32,000 nt of DNA from Longivirga aurantiaca (GTDB lineage: Bacteria > Actinomycetota > Actinomycetes > S36-B12 > CAIYMF01). Position numbers and translations under genes: made by a program. Position 1 is the first letter of the stretch. The number at the start of each line of letters is the position of its first letter. Below are positions 1 through 9,872 of the stretch, piece by piece. The DNA lies in assembly GCF_042660085.1 (NCBI RefSeq), contig NZ_JBHSTI010000008.1, forward strand, positions 390,001 to 422,000, given 5' to 3'. The notes under the pieces were generated by a model, which was given only the letters and a program-made list of their open reading frames with translations, was not told the origin of the DNA and made no database searches.

Positions 1-9
1 GCGGCGCCG

Positions 10-1716
10 CTACTTCCTGCTGAGGCCGAACACGCCGGCCAGCACGCCGATCGTGATCAGGATCGTGCGCGCGATCCCAGCTCCGCTCGAGCTGGAGGTC
101 TGCCCGCTGCTGCCGAAGGTCGTGGCTGCCACGAGCAGGATCACGGCCGCGCTGCCGATCATGAGCCACGAGCCTGTGCTGCGGCGCCCGTTCTGGCGCT
201 CCCAGAGGCGGCCCAGCCCGGTGGACGGCGGCGTCGGCGGCAGGGGGATGTCCTCGGGGTTGCGGGCGGTGCGCGGCACGCGCACGCCCGCCGTGGCGGC
301 GTCGACGACGGTGACGATCTGCTCGCCCGACTCCCAGAGCGTGGGCTCCACCGTGACGGTGACGCCGTCGGGCGCGATGAGCACGCGGCGGCCGTCCGGC
401 CAGGCGAGCACCGCGCGGGCGGTGGCGAAGCGGACCGTGGCGTGGACGCCGTCCGCGCGGACCCCGGAGATCCCCTCGGGCGCCACGACCATGCGGTCGG
501 ACCGGCTGTTGCCGCCGATGAGGGCGTGGGACGTGCCCTCGACCGGCTCCTCGGTGGAGAGCTCGGGGGCCGGTTCGGCCTGCCCGGCCGTCAACTCCGC
601 CCCCTCGGGCAACCCGTAGAGGAGCGAGTCGCGCACCGTGCGGGCGAAGGCGTGCACGTCGTCGAGGGTGACCGCCTCAACCTCGGCGATGCGCTGCTGG
701 AGGGGCGTGACTGCGCCGGTCATGAGCAGCTCCATCGCGGCGGTGTAGGCAAGGGCGACGGAGGCGTCCGGGGAGTCCCACAGCTTGCGAGCGTTCGTGC
801 GGTACTCCTCGAGCCGCTCGGACGAGGTGCCGTCGTCGGCGAGCGAGGCGATCGTGCCGGCGAGCACCTGCGCGACCTGGTCGAGGTGCTCGGGGTGCGA
901 GTCGCCCGTGATCCACATGAGCGCCGTGCTGCCGTCGTACGGGTCGTAGTCGACCGTCGGGCTGTAGGCGACGCCGAGCTCGAAGCGGAGCTTGTCGACC
1001 AGCGCGTTCTGGAGCGCGTACGAGTAGGCGACGGCCGCGACGCTGCGCGGCACGGGCGCCAGTGCCGCGACATCCGGGAAGCCGTGGCGGAACCAGGCCG
1101 GTGTGGCGGGGAGCACCTCCTCCAGCGCCGGGACGTCGCGGCGCGGACCGGGCGGCAGGGGCAGCGTGAGGCCGGGCGGCGGCGGTGCGCTGAGCACGAG
1201 GACGGCGTTCTCGCGGGTGAAGCGCTCGGTCGCCCACTGCTGGAGCGCAGCGCCGTCGACGGTGGCGGTGGCGAACTCGTCGAACGACCAGAGCCCCGGC
1301 CCAGCGGGCCCGAACCGCCAGGAGAGCAGTGCCGACGAGGTGCCGTAGCCGCGCTTGCCCGCCTCGGTGTCGAGCACGCGGACCTCGGTCTCGAGCCGGT
1401 CGACCGGGAGTGAGCTGAGCCCGGTGCAGACACCGGTGAGGAAGCGCGCGACCTCCTCCGGCTCTCCCGAGGTGTCGAACGTGGTGACCGACGTCCGCAC
1501 CGATCCGTTCTGGTAGTGCGGCCTCTGGCCCAGCGGGAACAGCGTCAGGTGCTCGACGAGGTGCGTGATGCCGTTCGTCGGCAGCGTCTCGTCGGCCTTG
1601 CCGACGCGGAACGTGAGGGTCGCGCGCAGCGGTCCCGGCTCGTCGGCGTGCACCACCCAGACGTCGTCGACCTTGGTCCAGGACACGCGCGCGCCGGTAC
1701 CGGCTTCCCCCGTCAC
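10..1716 (-). CDS. M16 (pitrilysin/insulinase) family metallopeptidase-like protein with C-terminal membrane anchor
   Basis: 568-aa ORF with GTG start at 1716 and TAG at 10-12. The inverted zinc motif HxxEH is present as HLVEH near the N-terminus. An ETEVRVLDTE segment lies roughly 55-60 aa downstream, where the third Glu ligand is expected. The C-terminal ~55 aa carry two hydrophobic helices (WLMIGSAAVILLVAATTF, ILITIGVLAGVFGL). Confidence 0.7.
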   Translation of the reverse strand: MTGEAGTGARVSWTKVDDVWVVHADEPGPLRATLTFRVGKADETLPTNGITHLVEHLTLFPLGQRPHYQNGSVRTSVTTFDTSGEPEEVARFLTGVCTGLSSLPVDRLETEVRVLDTEAGKRGYGTSSALLSWRFGPAGPGLWSFDEFATATVDGAALQQWATERFTRENAVLVLSAPPPPGLTLPLPPGPRRDVPALEEVLPATPAWFRHGFPDVAALAPVPRSVAAVAYSYALQNALVDKLRFELGVAYSPTVDYDPYDGSTALMWITGDSHPEHLDQVAQVLAGTIASLADDGTSSERLEEYRTNARKLWDSPDASVALAYTAAMELLMTGAVTPLQQRIAEVEAVTLDDVHAFARTVRDSLLYGLPEGAELTAGQAEPAPELSTEEPVEGTSHALIGGNSRSDRMVVAPEGISGVRADGVHATVRFATARAVLAWPDGRRVLIAPDGVTVTVEPTLWESGEQIVTVVDAATAGVRVPRTARNPEDIPLPPTPPSTGLGRLWERQNGRRSTGSWLMIGSAAVILLVAATTFGSSGQTSSSSGAGIARTILITIGVLAGVFGLSRK

Positions 1717-1784
1717 ACGGACATTGTCGACCGCGAGTGTTCGACCTTGAGGCAGCGACGCGCTCGATTGCCTAGCCTCGCGGC

Positions 1785-2201
1785 ATGGCCACGTGGGAGG
1801 ACGTCGAGCGGATCGCGCTGTCGCTGCCGCTCGTGCACGAGAAGGACGCAGGCACCGGCTTCGAGGGCTGGCGCGTCTGGAAGATCGAGGGTGCCTCGGG
1901 CAGGCAGGTCGTGTGGGAGCGGCCGATGCGGCCGTCCGACCTGAAGGTGCTCGGCGACGCTGCGCCGACGAAGGAGAGCATCGCCGTGCGCGTGCCCGAC
2001 TTCGAGACCAAGGCGCAGCGGATCGCTGAGATCGCTGCGTGCTTCGACATCCCGCACTTCGCGACGTACACCGGCCTGCTCGTGATCCTCGAGGACGTCG
2101 ACGTGGCCGACCTGCAGGAGCTCGTGGAGGAGTCGTGGCTCGTCGTCGCGCCCAAGCGCGCCGCCAGGCAATGGCTCATCGACAGGAACCCCACCAGCTG
2201 A
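1785..2201 (+). CDS. Small cytoplasmic protein, MmcQ/YjbR-family-like (tentative)
   Basis: 138-aa ORF with ATG start and GC3-rich frame. The N-terminus (WEDVERIALSLPLVHE...) resembles the YjbR-type fold signature as I recall it. No search was run. Confidence 0.45.
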   Translation: MATWEDVERIALSLPLVHEKDAGTGFEGWRVWKIEGASGRQVVWERPMRPSDLKVLGDAAPTKESIAVRVPDFETKAQRIAEIAACFDIPHFATYTGLLVILEDVDVADLQELVEESWLVVAPKRAARQWLIDRNPTS

Positions 2202-2253
2202 CGCTGATCAATCCGTTGCTTCCCGGGTGCCGAAGCAACGGATTGATCAGCGT
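2201..2253 (+). terminator. Perfect 22-bp stem / 9-nt loop hairpin starting in the stop codon of the upstream gene
   Basis: acgctgatcaatccgttgcttc (2201-2222), loop ccgggtgcc, gaagcaacggattgatcagcgt (2232-2253). The arms are exact reverse complements. There is no downstream T-tract, which is common in high-GC actinobacteria. Confidence 0.6.
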
Positions 2254-2326
2254 GAGCGAGGTGGGTGGGGTGGCCACTCGGCCGTCGGGCCACCGATCGC
2301 CAGGCGCGACGGACTAGCCTTTCAGC

Positions 2327-3013
2327 ATGACCGAGACGCCGCAGGACCCTGTCGAGGCAGCCCTGCGGCTCCGGGCGTCCGACGCCGACCGGGAGAAGGT
2401 GGCAGGCCTCCTGCGCGACGCGTACGCCGAGGGCAGGCTCTCACCGGTCGAGCACGAGGAGCGCCTCGCCGAGGTGTACGCGGCCACGACGTACGCCGAG
2501 CTCGTGCCGGTGCTGCACGACCTCCCTGTGCCTCCGGGGGTCCTGACGCTGCCCGGCATGTCGAACGCCGTGGCGCTCACGCAGCCGGCGCAGGTCGCCG
2601 TCCCGGGGACTGGCCGGGGGCTGTCGGTCGACCCGGCCCGCGCCGATCAGGCCCAGGGTGTCGCGATCGCCGTGTGGAGCGGGGTCGAGCGCCGCGGAGC
2701 CTGGGTGGTGCCCGAGACGCAGGTCTGCGTCGCCGTCATGGGCGGCATCGAGCTCGACCTGTCCGAGGCGGTGCTGACCGCGCGCGAGACCACGTTCACC
2801 GTCTTCGCGCTCATGGGCGGAGTGGAGGTCGTCGTGCCCGAGGGCGTCGCCGTGCGCATGGACGCCGTCGGCTTCATGGGGGGCACCGCCGGGCCCGCGG
2901 ACATCGCCCCGCCGGGAGCGCCCAGCATCCGCATCACCGGTCTCGCGGTCATGGGCGGCATCGAGGTGAAGCGCCCGAAGAACAAGGGCGCCAAGGCGAT
3001 CTCAGGATCCTGA
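2327..3013 (+). CDS. DUF1707 (SHOCT-like) domain protein with LiaF-like C-terminal domain
   Basis: 228 aa. The N-terminal RASDADREKVAGLLRDAYAEGRLSPVEHEERLAEVYAATTYAELVPVLHDLP is the typical DUF1707 signature. The C-terminal half has repeated GG(I/V)E(L/V) beta-strand-like segments. Confidence 0.75.
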   Translation: MTETPQDPVEAALRLRASDADREKVAGLLRDAYAEGRLSPVEHEERLAEVYAATTYAELVPVLHDLPVPPGVLTLPGMSNAVALTQPAQVAVPGTGRGLSVDPARADQAQGVAIAVWSGVERRGAWVVPETQVCVAVMGGIELDLSEAVLTARETTFTVFALMGGVEVVVPEGVAVRMDAVGFMGGTAGPADIAPPGAPSIRITGLAVMGGIEVKRPKNKGAKAISGS

Positions 3014-3028
3014 GCCGGACACGTCGGC

Positions 3029-3997
3029 TCAGAGCCTGACCACGATCTTGCCCACGTGCTGCTGCGCGACGAGGCGTCGGAACGCGTCGGGAACGTCGTC
3101 CAGATCCACCACGCTGTCGATCACCGGCGCCACCGCGCCTGATTCAAGCAGCGGGCGCAGGTAGGCGAGGTCCCGGCGGTCGTTCGCCCGCCACATCGGC
3201 ATGTGCACGCGCCGGTCGCCCAGCGCGCTCAGCACCGAGCCTGTGGTCACCGCGCTGAGCATCGGACGCTTCTGGCCGCCGAGCACCGAGCAGACGCCGC
3301 CGCCTGCGAGCGCCCGGTGGTAGTCGCGCGCGCGGCGGTGCGCGGAGATCTCGACGATCGCGTCGTAGGCCCCCGGCGTGCTCGTGAAGTCCTCGGTGGC
3401 GTAGTCGACGACGCGGTGCGCCCCGAGCGCGCGCAGGGCGTCGAGCTTCCACGCCGCGTCGACGGCGGAGACGTGCGCCCCGGCGGCCACGGCGATCTGG
3501 ACGGCGAAGGTGCCGACACCGCCCCCGGCACCGTTCACAGCGATGCGCTGCCCCGGTGCGAGGGGCTGGGCGGCGCGAAGCCCCGTGACCGCGAGCCCGG
3601 CGGCCTGCGGCACGGCGGCTGCCTGCTCGAGCGAGAGGCCCGCGGGGACGGCGCTCCACGCCGACGCCGGGGCCACGGCGTACTCCGCGAATGCGCCGAA
3701 GCCGTGGGGCGACAGGTCGGCCATGACCTCGTCGCCGGGGTCGATGCCCACGACGTCGGGCGCGACGGCATCCACCACGCCGGCCACGTCGGAGCCGAGC
3801 ACCCGGTGCCGCGGTCGGAACGGTGCGATGGCGCGGTTGAGGGGCTCGCCCCGGAGGAGGTCGCGGTCCCAGTCGTTGATCGAGCTCGCGACCACGCGCA
3901 CCCGGACCTCGCCGGGGCCCACTCCCGGCTGCTCGACGTCCTCGACGCGGAGCTCGTCGGGCGTGCCGTAGCGGTCGTAGACGAGGGCGCGCATCAC
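3029..3997 (-). CDS. Medium-chain dehydrogenase/reductase, NADPH:quinone oxidoreductase-like
   Basis: 322 aa. The N-terminus MRALVYDRYGTPDELRVEDVEQPGVGPGEVRVRVVASSIN matches the MDR/GroES-like fold. The AVNGAGGGVGTFAVQIA segment is a Rossmann glycine motif. Confidence 0.8.
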   Translation of the reverse strand: MMRALVYDRYGTPDELRVEDVEQPGVGPGEVRVRVVASSINDWDRDLLRGEPLNRAIAPFRPRHRVLGSDVAGVVDAVAPDVVGIDPGDEVMADLSPHGFGAFAEYAVAPASAWSAVPAGLSLEQAAAVPQAAGLAVTGLRAAQPLAPGQRIAVNGAGGGVGTFAVQIAVAAGAHVSAVDAAWKLDALRALGAHRVVDYATEDFTSTPGAYDAIVEISAHRRARDYHRALAGGGVCSVLGGQKRPMLSAVTTGSVLSALGDRRVHMPMWRANDRRDLAYLRPLLESGAVAPVIDSVVDLDDVPDAFRRLVAQQHVGKIVVRL

Positions 3998-4086
3998 GCT
4001 GAGCAGAGTCTCGTCATGCGGTCAGTCTGGCCGAGGCGGCGACGGTCGGGTGCCGTTTCCCGGCACGCCCGCCGTACGGCGACGGC

Positions 4087-5097
4087 TCAGTGCGAGTCGA
4101 AGTCGACGCTGGCGTAGGTGCGGAGCTTGGCGAAGGAGTGCTCGCTCTTCACCTCGCGGATCGTCCCGCTCTTGCTGCGCATGACGATCGAGTGCGTGGT
4201 CGGGTTGCCGCCCTTGAAGCGCACACCGTCCATGAGCTCTCCGTCGGTGATGCCGGTCGCGACGAAGAAGACGTTGTCGCCCGTCACGAGGTCGTCGGCG
4301 TGCAGCACCCGGTCGAGGTCGTGGCCGGCGTCGAGCGCGCGGCGGCGCTCGGCGTCGTCCTTCGGCCAGAGCTTGCCCTGGATGGCGCCGCCCATGCACT
4401 TGATCGCGCAGGCGGTGATGATGCCCTCCGGCGTGCCGCCGATGCCGAGCAGCAGGTCGATGCCGGTGCCCTCGCGCGCGGCCATGATCGCGCCGGCGAC
4501 GTCGCCGTCGGAGATGAACTTGATGCGGGCGCCCGCCTCGCGGACCTCGCGCACGATGCCCTCGTGGCGGGGGCGGTCGAGGATCACGACGGTGAGGTCC
4601 TCGACGCTCTCCGACTTGGCCCTGGCGACCTTCTTTAGGTTGTCGAGGATCGGTGCCTCGATGTCGACGACGTCGGCAGCGGCCGGCCCGGTGACGAGCT
4701 TCTCCATGTAGAACACGGCGGACGGGTCGTACATCGTGTGGCGCTCGGACACCGCGAGGACGGCGATCGCGTTGGGCATGCCCTTCGCACACAGCGTCGT
4801 GCCGTCGATCGGGTCGACGGCGACGTCGACCTCCGCGCCCGTGCCGTCGCCCACGGCCTCGCCGTTGAACAGCATCGGGGCTTCGTCCTTCTCGCCCTCG
4901 CCGATGACCACGACGCCCTGCATCGACACCGACTGCACGAGCGCGCGCATCGCGTTGACCGCGGCGCCGTCGGACCCGTTCTTGTCGCCGCGCCCGACCC
5001 AGCGGGCGGCGGCCATGGCCGCGGCCTCGGTCACGCGGACGAGCTCCAGGGCAAGGTTGCGGTCAGGAGCCTCCGGGCTCCGGTGGACGTCGCTCAT
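4087..5097 (-). CDS. glpX: Class II fructose-1,6-bisphosphatase
   Basis: In-frame ATG at 5097 ([40 protein letters not shown]...) gives 336 aa, typical GlpX length. Conserved blocks include DPIDGTT, GGTPEGI and FVATGITDG. The upstream 180 codons of the track ORF are Arg/His/Pro-rich shadow sequence. Confidence 0.9.
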   Translation of the reverse strand: MSDVHRSPEAPDRNLALELVRVTEAAAMAAARWVGRGDKNGSDGAAVNAMRALVQSVSMQGVVVIGEGEKDEAPMLFNGEAVGDGTGAEVDVAVDPIDGTTLCAKGMPNAIAVLAVSERHTMYDPSAVFYMEKLVTGPAAADVVDIEAPILDNLKKVARAKSESVEDLTVVILDRPRHEGIVREVREAGARIKFISDGDVAGAIMAAREGTGIDLLLGIGGTPEGIITACAIKCMGGAIQGKLWPKDDAERRRALDAGHDLDRVLHADDLVTGDNVFFVATGITDGELMDGVRFKGGNPTTHSIVMRSKSGTIREVKSEHSFAKLRTYASVDFDSH

Positions 5098-5211
5098 CGC
5101 ATGCGCTCCCGAGATCGTCGTGTGCCCCGACCCTAGCCGCGGCATGTCCCGGTCCGGTGAGGTACGCCGAGTGCATCCCGTCACGCGGCCCGGGAGTCCT
5201 ACTGTCTGCAC

Positions 5212-5622
5212 GTGACGCACTACCGGGTGAGCGAGGCGGCAGCGCTGCTGGGTGTCAGCGACGACACCGTGCGGCGGTGGATCGACGCCGGTCGGCTCCC
5301 GGCCGTCCGCGACCACGCGGGCCGGTGGCAGCTCGTCGGTCGCGACCTCGCCGAGGTCGCCCAGGCCGAGGCCGTGCCGCCGGAGGTGCCCGGCATGCCG
5401 GCGTCGTCGTCGGGCAACCGGATGGCCGGCATCGTGACGCGGGTGGACCGCGACGGGCTGCTCGCCCGGGTGGAGATCCAGGCGGGGCCGTTCCGCGTCG
5501 TGAGCGTGATGGCGGCCGAGGTGGTGGACGAGCTCGGGCTCGAGCCGGGCTCCTTGGCCGTGGCCTCGGTGCCGTCGACACATGTGACCGTCGAGGTGCC
5601 CCGCCGCGGTTCGCGCGGATGA
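5212..5622 (+). CDS. Excisionase/MerR-type HTH protein fused to a TOBE (molybdate/oxyanion-binding-like) domain
   Basis: 136 aa with GTG start. The N-terminal [28 protein letters not shown] is an HTH_17-type helix-turn-helix. The C-terminal [32 protein letters not shown]...[11 protein letters not shown] matches the TOBE beta-barrel pattern. TACTGT lies 8 nt upstream of the GTG, which suggests a leaderless transcript. Confidence 0.7.
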   Translation: MTHYRVSEAAALLGVSDDTVRRWIDAGRLPAVRDHAGRWQLVGRDLAEVAQAEAVPPEVPGMPASSSGNRMAGIVTRVDRDGLLARVEIQAGPFRVVSVMAAEVVDELGLEPGSLAVASVPSTHVTVEVPRRGSRG

Positions 5623-5644
5623 CGGCGTACCTGACAATGGTCAC

Positions 5645-6265
5645 GTGAGCGAGCAGTCCGAGGCGGCGACGGCGCCCGAGGTGCCGGTGCGGCCGGAGCC
5701 GGCCGACGACCCTGCTGCGGTTGCCGCAGACCGTGAGGCGCGGCAGAAGAAGAGGCTGCGCCAGACCGTCCGCGACATGGTGCTCTCGATGCTCGTCGTG
5801 ACGGGCGTGGTCGTGTTCCTCGTCGCGCCGTGGAACTGGCGTACGCCGGACCCGGTCAAGGAGGTCGACGCAGCGCCGGTGATCGCGGGGGCCCGCGAGG
5901 CGTTCGACTGGCCGGTGCTCGCGCCGCTCGACCTGCCGGCCACCTGGCGGGCGACGAGCGCCCGCGTCGAGACTGCCGACGACGGCCAGCCCGTGGTCGT
6001 GCTCGGATGGGTGAGCCCGGCCACGGAGTACGTCGGCCTGCAGCAGTCGCCGACGAAGATCACCGACTTCGTGCCCGATGTGACGCTCAAGGGCGTCCAG
6101 CAGGACGACGTCGTCCTCGGCACCCTGACCTGGACGCGCTACGTCAACGCCGACGAGACCAGGCGCTCGCTGGCGCGCACCGACGCCGGCATCACCTACG
6201 TCGTGACCGGCACCGGTCCGTGGGACGAGATCGAGGGCTTCACCCGGACCCTGCGCGCCGGCTGA
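5645..6265 (+). CDS. DUF4245-like membrane-anchored protein
   Basis: 206 aa with GTG start. It has one N-terminal TM helix (MVLSMLVVTGVVVFLVAPW) followed by an extracytoplasmic domain. Its position between glpX and xseB matches the conserved actinobacterial arrangement. Confidence 0.65.
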   Translation: MSEQSEAATAPEVPVRPEPADDPAAVAADREARQKKRLRQTVRDMVLSMLVVTGVVVFLVAPWNWRTPDPVKEVDAAPVIAGAREAFDWPVLAPLDLPATWRATSARVETADDGQPVVVLGWVSPATEYVGLQQSPTKITDFVPDVTLKGVQQDDVVLGTLTWTRYVNADETRRSLARTDAGITYVVTGTGPWDEIEGFTRTLRAG

Positions 6266-6346
6266 CCGCCGTACGGACTCGAGCTGCTGCCCGGAGTGGG
6301 GCTTTGAGGCGCGCCATCACCCCACCGTGGGCAGTAACTCGCGGCG

Positions 6347-6559
6347 TCAGCTCTCGGCGGGCGGGGGAGTGCGGGCGGCGTCGAGGCGGGCGCGCGCGGA
6401 GTCGAGCCAGGTCTGGCAGATCGTCGCGAGCTCCTCGCCGCGCTCCCAGAGCGCGAGCGACTCCTCCAGCGTGGTGCCGCCGGCCTCGAGCCGGCGCACG
6501 ACGTCGGCCAGCTCGTCCCGGGCCTCTTCGAACGACGGCGTGCTCTCGGCTGCGGTCAT
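6347..6559 (-). CDS. xseB: Exodeoxyribonuclease VII small subunit
   Basis: 70 aa. [40 protein letters not shown] is the XseB signature. It lies 9 nt downstream of xseA. Confidence 0.9.
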   Translation of the reverse strand: MTAAESTPSFEEARDELADVVRRLEAGGTTLEESLALWERGEELATICQTWLDSARARLDAARTPPPAES

Positions 6560-6568
6560 GACGCGAGC

Positions 6569-7783
6569 CTAGGACGCCGGCTCGCGGCGGGCGCGCAGCT
6601 CGCCCTCGGCCACCCGCACCCGCAGCAGCGCGCCGGCCGCGACGTCGTCGGCCACGCGGATCACGGCACCGGCCTCGTCCTGGACGACGGCGTACCCGCG
6701 CTCGAGGGTCGCGGCGGGCGAGAGGGCCCGCACCCGTGCCCGCACGTGCGTGATGTCGTCTCCGGCCCGGTCGAGGCGGTGCCCGAGGACGAGGCGGCTG
6801 CGGTCGACCAGGGCCGCCACCTCGTCGCCGCGACGTGTGACGAGCACCGAGGGGTCGGCGAGGACCGGCCGGGCCCGCGCGGAGGCGAGCCAGGTGGACG
6901 CCGCCTGCAGCTGGCCGCGCACCGCGCGGTCGGCTCGCTCGCGCAGGTCGCGCACCCGCCGGGCCTCCTCGGCCATGTCGGGCACGATCCGCTTGGCGGC
7001 GTCGGTGGGGGTCGAGGCGCGCCAGTCGGCCACGAGGTCGAGCAGCGGGGAGTCCTTCTCGTGGCCGATCGCCGAGACGACCGGCGTGAGGCAGGCGGCG
7101 ACCGTGCGGACGAGGCCCTCGTCGGAGAACGGAAGGAGGTCCTCGACCGAGCCGCCGCCGCGCGTGACCACGATGACGTCGACCTCGGGCATCGCGTCGA
7201 GCTCGCGCACCGCGGCCGTCACCTCGCTGACGGCCTTCACGCCCTGCACCGCCACCTCGCGGATCTCGAACACGACGCCGGGCCAGCGGCGTCGGGCGTT
7301 CTCGACGACGTCGCGCTCGGCGTCGCTGGCACGACCGCACACGAGCCCCACGCGGCGGGGCAGGAACGGCAGCGGCCGCTTGCGGTCGGCGGCGAACAGG
7401 CCCTCGGCCGCGAGGAGGTTCTTGCGCGCCTCGAGCTGGGCGAGCAGCTCGCCGAGGCCGACGGCGCGGATCTCGGCCGCGCGGAAGGCGAGCGTGCCGC
7501 GGGCGACGTAGTACTCCGGCTTGGCGTGCAGGATCACGCGCTGGCCCTCGGCGAGCGGCGGCACGCACGCGTCGAGCACGCGCGGCGTCGCGGTGACGGT
7601 GATCGAGACGTTGGCCTCGGTGTCGCGCAGGGTCAGGAAGGCCAGGCCCGCACCAGGACGCCGGGTGAGCTGGGCGACCTGGCCCTCGAGCCACACCGCG
7701 CCGAGGCGGGCGACGTAGCCCTCGAGCGCCATCGCGATCGTGCGGACGGCGGCCGGACGCTCCGGCGAGGTGTCGAGGGCCAC
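6569..7783 (-). CDS. xseA: Exodeoxyribonuclease VII large subunit
   Basis: 404 aa with GTG start. It has an N-terminal OB-fold ([15 protein letters not shown]...AFLTLRD) and a catalytic-domain block ([20 protein letters not shown]). Confidence 0.9.
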   Translation of the reverse strand: MALDTSPERPAAVRTIAMALEGYVARLGAVWLEGQVAQLTRRPGAGLAFLTLRDTEANVSITVTATPRVLDACVPPLAEGQRVILHAKPEYYVARGTLAFRAAEIRAVGLGELLAQLEARKNLLAAEGLFAADRKRPLPFLPRRVGLVCGRASDAERDVVENARRRWPGVVFEIREVAVQGVKAVSEVTAAVRELDAMPEVDVIVVTRGGGSVEDLLPFSDEGLVRTVAACLTPVVSAIGHEKDSPLLDLVADWRASTPTDAAKRIVPDMAEEARRVRDLRERADRAVRGQLQAASTWLASARARPVLADPSVLVTRRGDEVAALVDRSRLVLGHRLDRAGDDITHVRARVRALSPAATLERGYAVVQDEAGAVIRVADDVAAGALLRVRVAEGELRARREPAS

Positions 7784-7870
7784 AGGCGGAGCCTAGGCCG
7801 CCGCACCCACGGAGTCCGCGAGCGGCTGCGCGGGGAGGCCGCCCGCGCGGAGCCGACCTACGATGGGCGG

Positions 7871-8866
7871 GTGACCGACTCCACGAGCGCCCCGACGTCC
7901 GACGCCGCCCCCGCGCGCAAGGTGCTGCTCGCAGCCCCCCGCGGCTACTGCGCGGGTGTCGACCGCGCCGTGATCACGGTGGAGAAGGCGCTCGAGCTCT
8001 ACGGCGCCCCGGTATACGTCCGCAAGGAGATCGTCCACAACAAGCACGTGGTCGAGACCCTGCAGGCGCGCGGCGCGGTCTTCGTCGAGGAGACCGAGGA
8101 GGTGCCCGAGGGCTCGATCGTGGTCTTCAGCGCACATGGCGTCGCGCCGTCGGTGCACGAGGAGGCCGCCCAGCGGAACCTGCGCACGATCGACGCCACC
8201 TGCCCCCTCGTGACGAAGGTGCACCAGGAGGCCCGCCGGTTCGCCGACGAGGGCTACCGCATCCTGCTCATCGGCCACGAGGGCCACGAGGAGGTCGTGG
8301 GCACGTCGGGCGAGGCGCCCGAGGCCATCACGATCGTCGATGGACCGTCGCACGCGGACGACGTCGAGATCGCCGAGGGCGAGAAGGTCGTCTGGCTGTC
8401 GCAGACGACCCTGTCGGTCGACGAGACGATCGAGACCGTCGACCGCCTGCGCGCACGGCTGCCGATCCTCATGGACCCCCCCAGCGACGACATCTGCTAC
8501 GCCACGCAGAACCGTCAGGTCGCCGTGAAGGACATCGCGTCGCGCTGCGACGTCCTGGTCGTGGTCGGCTCGGGCAACTCGTCGAACTCCGTGCGCCTGG
8601 TCGAGGTCGGGCTGGACGCCGGCGCCGCTGCGGCGTACCGCGTCGATGCGGCGAGCGAGCTGCAGGAGTCGTGGTTCGACGGCGCCGGGACGATCGGCGT
8701 GACGAGCGGCGCCTCGGTGCCGGAGATCCTCGTGGACGGCGTGCTCGAGTGGCTGGCCGCGCGCGGCTACGGCGACGTCGAGGAGGTGCACTCCGCGGAG
8801 GAGCACCTGCAGTTCGCGCTGCCGCCGGAGCTGCGCCGCGACCTCAAGGCCGCCGGCAAGAGCTGA
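7871..8866 (+). CDS. ispH: 4-hydroxy-3-methylbut-2-enyl diphosphate reductase
   Basis: GTG at 7871 is in frame with the track ORF and gives 331 aa. Conserved blocks: [54 protein letters not shown]. The 5' 375 codons of the track ORF are antisense to xseA and were rejected. Confidence 0.9.
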   Translation: MTDSTSAPTSDAAPARKVLLAAPRGYCAGVDRAVITVEKALELYGAPVYVRKEIVHNKHVVETLQARGAVFVEETEEVPEGSIVVFSAHGVAPSVHEEAAQRNLRTIDATCPLVTKVHQEARRFADEGYRILLIGHEGHEEVVGTSGEAPEAITIVDGPSHADDVEIAEGEKVVWLSQTTLSVDETIETVDRLRARLPILMDPPSDDICYATQNRQVAVKDIASRCDVLVVVGSGNSSNSVRLVEVGLDAGAAAAYRVDAASELQESWFDGAGTIGVTSGASVPEILVDGVLEWLAARGYGDVEEVHSAEEHLQFALPPELRRDLKAAGKS

Positions 8867-8939
8867 CCGATCGAGCGCCGGCACTCTCGTTCACGGGAAG
8901 GCGTGTCCGGCCCGTGCGGGCTCGAGGCGGCGTGGCGCG

Positions 8940-9872
8940 TCAGGCGTGGGACGTCGTCGCGCGCCGACGGCGCACGATCACGATGACGAGGCAGATCAGC
9001 GTGGTGCCGACGATCCACGGAGCGTTCTGCGCCAGCGTCTTGAGGATCATGTAGCCCTCGCGCACCACGAGCGATCCCGCGGGGTCGAGGGTGAGCTGGC
9101 CGGCGGTGAGGGTCGCGGCGAGGAACGCGAGCGGCGGGATGATGGCCGCGGCCCAGATGTCGGCCGGGCGCACGAGCAGCGCGCAGTAGACCGACGAGAC
9201 CAGCAGCGCGATCCCGGTGATGATGCCGAGGCTGTCGTTGATGAGGGCGTCGGCGAACCCGACGAGGATCGTGCCCAGCATCACCACGACGACGACGCCG
9301 CTCCAGGTGAGGCCGCTGCCGCCCTGGGTGGCGGGCTGCTTCTGCGGGCGGGCCCGGGCAGCGGCGGCTGCTGCCGCGGCCTGCTCGGCCTCGCGCGCGG
9401 CCAGGTAGTCGGGGTCGATCGCCGGGATCGCGTCCATCGTGGCCGGGCCTTCGGCGCCGGACGAGCGGTAGAGACGACCGGTGACCGCCGGTGCGGCGGT
9501 GGTCACGACGGCGGGGACGTCGTCCATGGGCTCGGGCTCGCGGACCGGCGCGCGGGTCGGCGGCGGCGTCCAGCGCTCCTCGGCCTGCGCCTCGAACCCG
9601 GCCACGCCCGCGGGCGCCACGGGGACGTCAGGCTCGTCCTGGGCGGGCTCGTCGTCGGCCTCGGTCGATGCGGGCACCTGGTCGCCCACCACGGCTGCGA
9701 TCTCGCCGGTGGTGGCGGGCACGCCGTCGTACGACGGGTCATGGTCGGGATCCGCGGCAGGGGCTGCGGCAGCGGCGGGCGCGGACTCGCCGGGCTCGGG
9801 ATCGTCGAACAGGTCGCCGAAGGACGGCACTGCCGCCTCGGGACGTCCGTTCTCCGTGCTCACGATGTCCAA
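8940..9872 (-). CDS. Integral membrane protein with Pro/Ala/Asp-rich N-terminal half (DUF6542-like, tentative)
   Basis: 310-aa ORF. The N-terminal ~190 aa are low-complexity and acidic. The C-terminal ~120 aa carry four predicted TM helices. The start is uncertain: TTG at 9872 or GTG at 9863. It overlaps the rmuC stop. Confidence 0.55.
   Translation of the reverse strand: MDIVSTENGRPEAAVPSFGDLFDDPEPGESAPAAAAAPAADPDHDPSYDGVPATTGEIAAVVGDQVPASTEADDEPAQDEPDVPVAPAGVAGFEAQAEERWTPPPTRAPVREPEPMDDVPAVVTTAAPAVTGRLYRSSGAEGPATMDAIPAIDPDYLAAREAEQAAAAAAAARARPQKQPATQGGSGLTWSGVVVVVMLGTILVGFADALINDSLGIITGIALLVSSVYCALLVRPADIWAAAIIPPLAFLAATLTAGQLTLDPAGSLVVREGYMILKTLAQNAPWIVGTTLICLVIVIVRRRRATTSHA

Noticed and set aside
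5098-5637. 180-codon N-terminal extension of the glpX ORF (516-aa track ORF).
   Set aside because: The extension is His/Arg/Pro/Gly-rich with no homology signal and overlaps the opposite-strand HTH-TOBE gene. The internal ATG at 5097 gives a canonical-length GlpX starting just before the conserved N-terminal block.
6746-7870. 5' part of the 706-aa ORF containing ispH.
   Set aside because: It is antisense to xseA, which has clear homology, and has low-complexity Gly/Arg/Asp composition. IspH homology starts at the GTG at 7871.
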